IMG/VR virus record: IMGVR_UViG_3300013738_000005
Span: 1 to 28,013 of that record
Direction: 5' to 3' (one strand)
From: a virus
Taxonomy: Duplodnaviria; Caudoviricetes
DNA: 28,013 nucleotides
Of this stretch, positions 24,565 to 28,013 are shown one piece after another (the stretch's first letter is position 1; each line of letters opens with the position of its first letter). The position numbers and the translations under genes are program-made. The notes below the pieces were generated by a model, which saw nothing but the letters and a program-made list of their open reading frames with translations, did not search any database and had not been told where the DNA came from.

Positions 24565-25763
24565 TGTTGAAGCTGAAGAACGTGCTGCAACAGGTGGGCC
24601 GCAAGCAGTCGGAGTTGGCCAAATTCCTTGGTCTGAGCCAGGCCGCCGTTGCGCAGATCATCAACCACGGTGAATGGCCGAAGAGTCTCGACGAACTCGA
24701 TCTGCGGGAGCGGGTTGTCGATTTCCTCGGGCTGCACGGTGCGCAGGAGGAGGTCTTGGCCTGCGTCTTTGAACAGGTGGGCGAGCCGGGTGCGGACTGC
24801 GCGTCGAACCTCCCATCGAACCCCACTCCGGAAACCAAACAGGACAAACAGGAGGACTCCATGCTACTGCGAAAGCAGACGCTTCTCCCCAATACACGCA
24901 AGCATTTCGGGATGTTCCGCGATCCGTTTGCCGATGACGCGATCCAGTCGCACGAGGACATGTACTTGAGCCCGGATATCCGTTACGTGCGTGAGGCCAT
25001 GCTGCAGACCGCAAAGCACGGCGGGCTGCTGGCGGTGGTGGCCGAGTCCGGCGCGGGCAAGACCACGCTGGTGCGCGATCTGGAAGACCGGATCGTGCGC
25101 GAAACGCAGCCCATCCTGCTGATCAAGCCTTACGTGCTGGCAATGGAAGACAACGACGCGAAGGGCAAGACGCTGAAGGCCACGCACATCGCCGAGGCCA
25201 TCATGGCTGCGGTGGCGCCGCTGGAGAAGCCCAAGAGCAGCCCGGAGGCGCGCTTCGCGCAACTGCATCGCGCGCTCAAGGAGAGCCACGCGGCTGGCTA
25301 CCGGCATTGTCTGCTGATCGACGAGGCCCACGCGTTGCCGGTTCCGACGATCAAGCACCTGAAACGGTTCTTCGAGCTTGAGATGGGCTTCAAGAAGCTG
25401 CTGTCGATCATCCTGATTGGCCAGCCCGAACTGCGGGTCAAGCTGTCCGAGCGCAACCAGGATGTGCGCGAGGTTGTGCAGCGCTGCGAAATGGTTGAAC
25501 TGGCGCCGCTCGACGGTGGCCTGGACGAGTATCTCAAATTCAAGCTTGAGCGCCTGGGCAAGCCGGTTGCCGATGTGATCGACGCCGGCGGTATCGACGC
25601 CCTGCGTGTGCGGCTGACCGCGGCCAGCACGCGCCGCGATCGGGCCGAGACGGTGTCGCTGCTGTATCCGCTGGCCGTGGGCAACCTGTTGAAGGCAGCG
25701 ATGAACCTGGCGGCAGAGCTTGGCGTGCCGACCGTGACCGCTGACGTCGTGAGGGGGGTGTGA
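24561..25763 (+). CDS. MuB-like/ExeA-type AAA+ transposition ATPase with N-terminal HTH
   Basis: Walker A ESGAGKTT, Walker B LLIDEAH, ILIGQPEL; ATGA-coupled to the transposase. Confidence 0.92.
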   Translation: MMLKLKNVLQQVGRKQSELAKFLGLSQAAVAQIINHGEWPKSLDELDLRERVVDFLGLHGAQEEVLACVFEQVGEPGADCASNLPSNPTPETKQDKQEDSMLLRKQTLLPNTRKHFGMFRDPFADDAIQSHEDMYLSPDIRYVREAMLQTAKHGGLLAVVAESGAGKTTLVRDLEDRIVRETQPILLIKPYVLAMEDNDAKGKTLKATHIAEAIMAAVAPLEKPKSSPEARFAQLHRALKESHAAGYRHCLLIDEAHALPVPTIKHLKRFFELEMGFKKLLSIILIGQPELRVKLSERNQDVREVVQRCEMVELAPLDGGLDEYLKFKLERLGKPVADVIDAGGIDALRVRLTAASTRRDRAETVSLLYPLAVGNLLKAAMNLAAELGVPTVTADVVRGV

Positions 25764-25764
25764 C

Positions 25765-26037
25765 ATGCCAGTGATCATCTCCGGGCCGCCTGTGGCCGAT
25801 CCGCGTGCGTTGTCCCATGACGACCTGGTGCGTCATGCCGAATCGTTGCAGCGCTATGGCTGGAAGGTGTTCGATGCTGTGGGCAAGCTGCTTGAGCTGA
25901 ACGAGATCAGCCGGGAGACGCTAGTGCGGATCATCGACGCCCACGAGGCGGGCAATGTCGAGGAACTGGTCATGCTCCTGCAGGCGTGCGCGGACGGCAG
26001 ACGTGAAGCCGGTGCGGCCCGGCAATCGGTCCACTAG
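25765..26037 (+). CDS. Hypothetical phage early protein
   Basis: 90 aa, tightly packed after the ATPase with a G-rich RBS. Confidence 0.65.
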   Translation: MPVIISGPPVADPRALSHDDLVRHAESLQRYGWKVFDAVGKLLELNEISRETLVRIIDAHEAGNVEELVMLLQACADGRREAGAARQSVH

Positions 26038-26053
26038 TTTGAGGGGGAGTGCG

Positions 26054-26329
26054 ATGCCAATGCCAACGTCCATGCTTGGACCCGCGGCCAGCGAAGTGCG
26101 ACAGAGCCTGGCTAGCGTTACGGCGGAATTCAAACGAATGATTCATGCGATCCGGCTGCGGCGCGAGCTGGCCGTCATGACGCGCGACGAGATCAGGGCG
26201 GCGGCCGAGATCGAGTGGCTGCGCGGTGAACTCGCCCGACATGAGGCAAACCTGCGTGGGCTTTCCAGGCTCTACACCCGACGACGCATCCGTCTCCTTG
26301 CGCAGCTTGAGCGCGTGGGCGGGCGGTAA
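26054..26329 (+). CDS. Hypothetical phage early protein
   Basis: RBS GAGGGGGAG before ATG 26054; 91 aa, helical, Arg-rich. Confidence 0.6.
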   Translation: MPMPTSMLGPAASEVRQSLASVTAEFKRMIHAIRLRRELAVMTRDEIRAAAEIEWLRGELARHEANLRGLSRLYTRRRIRLLAQLERVGGR

Positions 26330-26373
26330 CTCTTTTCCATAGGTTCAACATGATCAGCAAGGAATAACAAGCC

Positions 26374-26895
26374 ATGGCGACCAAACAGCGACTGAAGGCT
26401 GGCATCCGGCAATGGGTGGCGCAATCCGCCGATGAGGTGGCGGCAACCATCCGGCAGATCGGCGAAGAGAGCCGTGATATTGGGCGGCTGCAGGCCGACA
26501 TGAACGACGAGATCGCTGCCGTGACGGCGCGCTACCAGGCGCTTATCGGCCCCCGGCAGGAACGCGTCCAGGTCATGCAGGAGGGTGTGTACACCTGGTG
26601 CGCTGCAAACCGGGACACTCTGACCAATGGCGGCAAGGTGAAGAGCTTCAATTTCATCACCGGGCAGGTGCAGTGGCGGCTGCGGCCGCCGAGCTGCTCG
26701 GTGCGTGGGGTTGAACCCGTTATCGAGACACTCAAGCGCCTGGGGCTGCAGCGCTTCGTGCGAGTGAAGGAAGAGATCAACAAAGAGGCCATCCTGAACG
26801 AGCCGGAGGCCGTCAAGGGCGTGCCGGGTGTGAAGGTGGTCACCGGCGTCGAGGATTTTGTTATCGAGCCGTTCGAGCAACAGGCGGCCGGGTAG
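26374..26895 (+). CDS. gam: Mu Gam family host-nuclease inhibitor (DNA end-binding)
   Basis: WCAANRDTLTNGGKVKS...TGQVQWRLRPPS...FVRVKEEINKEAIL...VEDFVIEPFE. Confidence 0.93.
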   Translation: MATKQRLKAGIRQWVAQSADEVAATIRQIGEESRDIGRLQADMNDEIAAVTARYQALIGPRQERVQVMQEGVYTWCAANRDTLTNGGKVKSFNFITGQVQWRLRPPSCSVRGVEPVIETLKRLGLQRFVRVKEEINKEAILNEPEAVKGVPGVKVVTGVEDFVIEPFEQQAAG

Positions 26896-26907
26896 CCGCT
26901 GCACTTC

Positions 26908-26969
26908 GCGAAACACTCGCCGCGGCGGGTGTCTGCCTGGCGTGGTGGCCTGGTACTGATGAGCAGCCG
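26908..26969 (+). ncRNA. Type II hammerhead ribozyme
   Basis: GC-GAAA(26910-13); stem III ACACUCGC/GCGGGUGU; GUC cleavage triplet (26931-33); stem I UGCCUGGC/GCCUGGUA with loop GUGGUG; CUGAUGA(26956-62)-GC. Confidence 0.85.
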
Positions 26970-26980
26970 GAGGGAAGGTA

Positions 26981-27637
26981 ATGACGGAAGGGCAGATGGC
27001 GTGCCGGAGAGGTAAGGTGGCCGGCGCGACTCCGGACGAACGCAAACGTCTGATTCAAGTTATCCATGTGGCGAAGCGGCAGTTGGCTCTGGCCGAGGAA
27101 GAGTATCGCGAAATCCTCTATCGGGCGGCTGGCAAGGAAAGCGCAGCCTTGATGACCAACGCCGAATTGCGCCGCGTTGTGGAGTACGTCAAGCGCTGCG
27201 GATTCAAGGTGCGGTCCAAGGGTCGGGGCCAACCGGCATCCGCTTCATTGTCCCGTACGCTGGCCCAGGATGCCGAGAGCCGAAAGATTCGGGCGCTCTG
27301 GCTGTTTCTGCATCGGCTGGGGGTTGTTACGAACCCGTCAGAGGCTGCCTTGGCCGCCTATGTGAAGCGCCTCACGGGCGTTGATGCACTGCAGTGGACG
27401 GACGGTGCCCAGGCCGACCGCCTGATCGAGAGCCTGAAGAAATGGGGCATGCGCTTCCTCCCTCGGGCTGTCGAAGATTTGGCGGCACAGGCGCGCGGGC
27501 TTCGGCTGGCTGACGACGAGCGCCATCGGCTGGATGCCGTTGTGTTCAAGGCACTTGATCGCCGGACCTTTGACCCCATGCGCGAAGCATGGGAGCACCT
27601 GGACGCCATCCTGCCGAAGGAGAATGCACATGGTTGA
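26981..27637 (+). CDS. gemA: Mu gp16/GemA family protein (DUF1018)
   Basis: LIQVIHVAKRQLAL.EEEYR...GKESA...KIRALW...AL.AYVKR.TGVDALQW...LIESLKKW. Confidence 0.9.
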   Translation: MTEGQMACRRGKVAGATPDERKRLIQVIHVAKRQLALAEEEYREILYRAAGKESAALMTNAELRRVVEYVKRCGFKVRSKGRGQPASASLSRTLAQDAESRKIRALWLFLHRLGVVTNPSEAALAAYVKRLTGVDALQWTDGAQADRLIESLKKWGMRFLPRAVEDLAAQARGLRLADDERHRLDAVVFKALDRRTFDPMREAWEHLDAILPKENAHG

Positions 27638-28013
27638 CCAGGGGGGCCGCGCCGCCAGCACCTTCAAGACCAAGGCACCAGAACTGCTGGCCGACCTGGC
27701 CGCTCACATTGCCGCCGCGCTTGTGGAACTGGCGGGCCTTGATCAGACGTCGGCAGAGGGGGTCGGGCGGGAAGTTGCCGATCGGATGGCGGCTCATTGG
27801 GGCGGGCAGAATGTCTACTTTCCGATGGGCCTGTCCGTGAAACTCTCGCAGCGCGATCAGGGGATCTACGACGAGTTCAACGGCACCAACCACAGCGATC
27901 TGGCCAGGAAGTATGGCGTCTCGCTGCAGTGGATCTACAAGATCATCAAGGCAGTCGGCCGGGTGGAATTGGCGCGGCGCCAACGTGACCTGTTTCCAGG
28001 CAATGAGCCGTAG
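27630..28013 (+). CDS. mor: Mor/C family transcription activator
   Basis: WGGQNVYFP...RDQGIYDEFNGTNHSDLARKYGVSLQWIYKII. Confidence 0.93.
   Translation: MVDQGGRAASTFKTKAPELLADLAAHIAAALVELAGLDQTSAEGVGREVADRMAAHWGGQNVYFPMGLSVKLSQRDQGIYDEFNGTNHSDLARKYGVSLQWIYKIIKAVGRVELARRQRDLFPGNEP

Larger units (their letters stand above)
495..28013. mobile_element. Mu-like (B3/BcepMu-type) transposable prophage lacking the head/packaging module; other end expected just beyond the window
   Basis: Transposase, ATPase, gam, gemA and mor run divergently from repressor, lysis, tail and com/methylase genes. No terminase, portal or capsid ORF is present. Confidence 0.9.

Noticed and set aside
22759-25763. Stand-alone IS21 or Tn7-like transposon
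   Set aside because: The transposase/ATPase pair is embedded in a Mu-type early operon (ner, gam, gemA, mor) without its own terminal repeats.

Overview
Apart from a host GNAT acetyltransferase (1-468), the window is one transposable prophage with the B3/BcepMu layout, in reverse orientation. In window order it carries: a probable TG terminus (~495); a com/dam/dcm modification module; a complete P2-like contractile tail operon; a complete lysis cassette; repressor and ner; an intact DDE transposase with its MuB-like ATPase; and gam, gemA and mor. The whole head/packaging module (terminases, portal, F, G, protease, major capsid, head-tail adaptor) is missing. In its place is a ~470 bp scar (16998-17474) that holds short relics resembling several head genes and still keeps the late promoter and the translational coupling into the tail operon. 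The best reading is a headless Mu-like element, either a tailocin that kept its transposition machinery or a tail-supplying satellite. Other signals: a type II hammerhead ribozyme between gam and gemA, four precisely spaced activator-box late promoters, a likely +1 frameshift in the tail chaperone, a frameshifted dam, a duplicated com 3' segment ahead of both methyltransferases, and many in-frame micro-duplications. Family assignments come from motifs and synteny recognised by eye. No database search was run.
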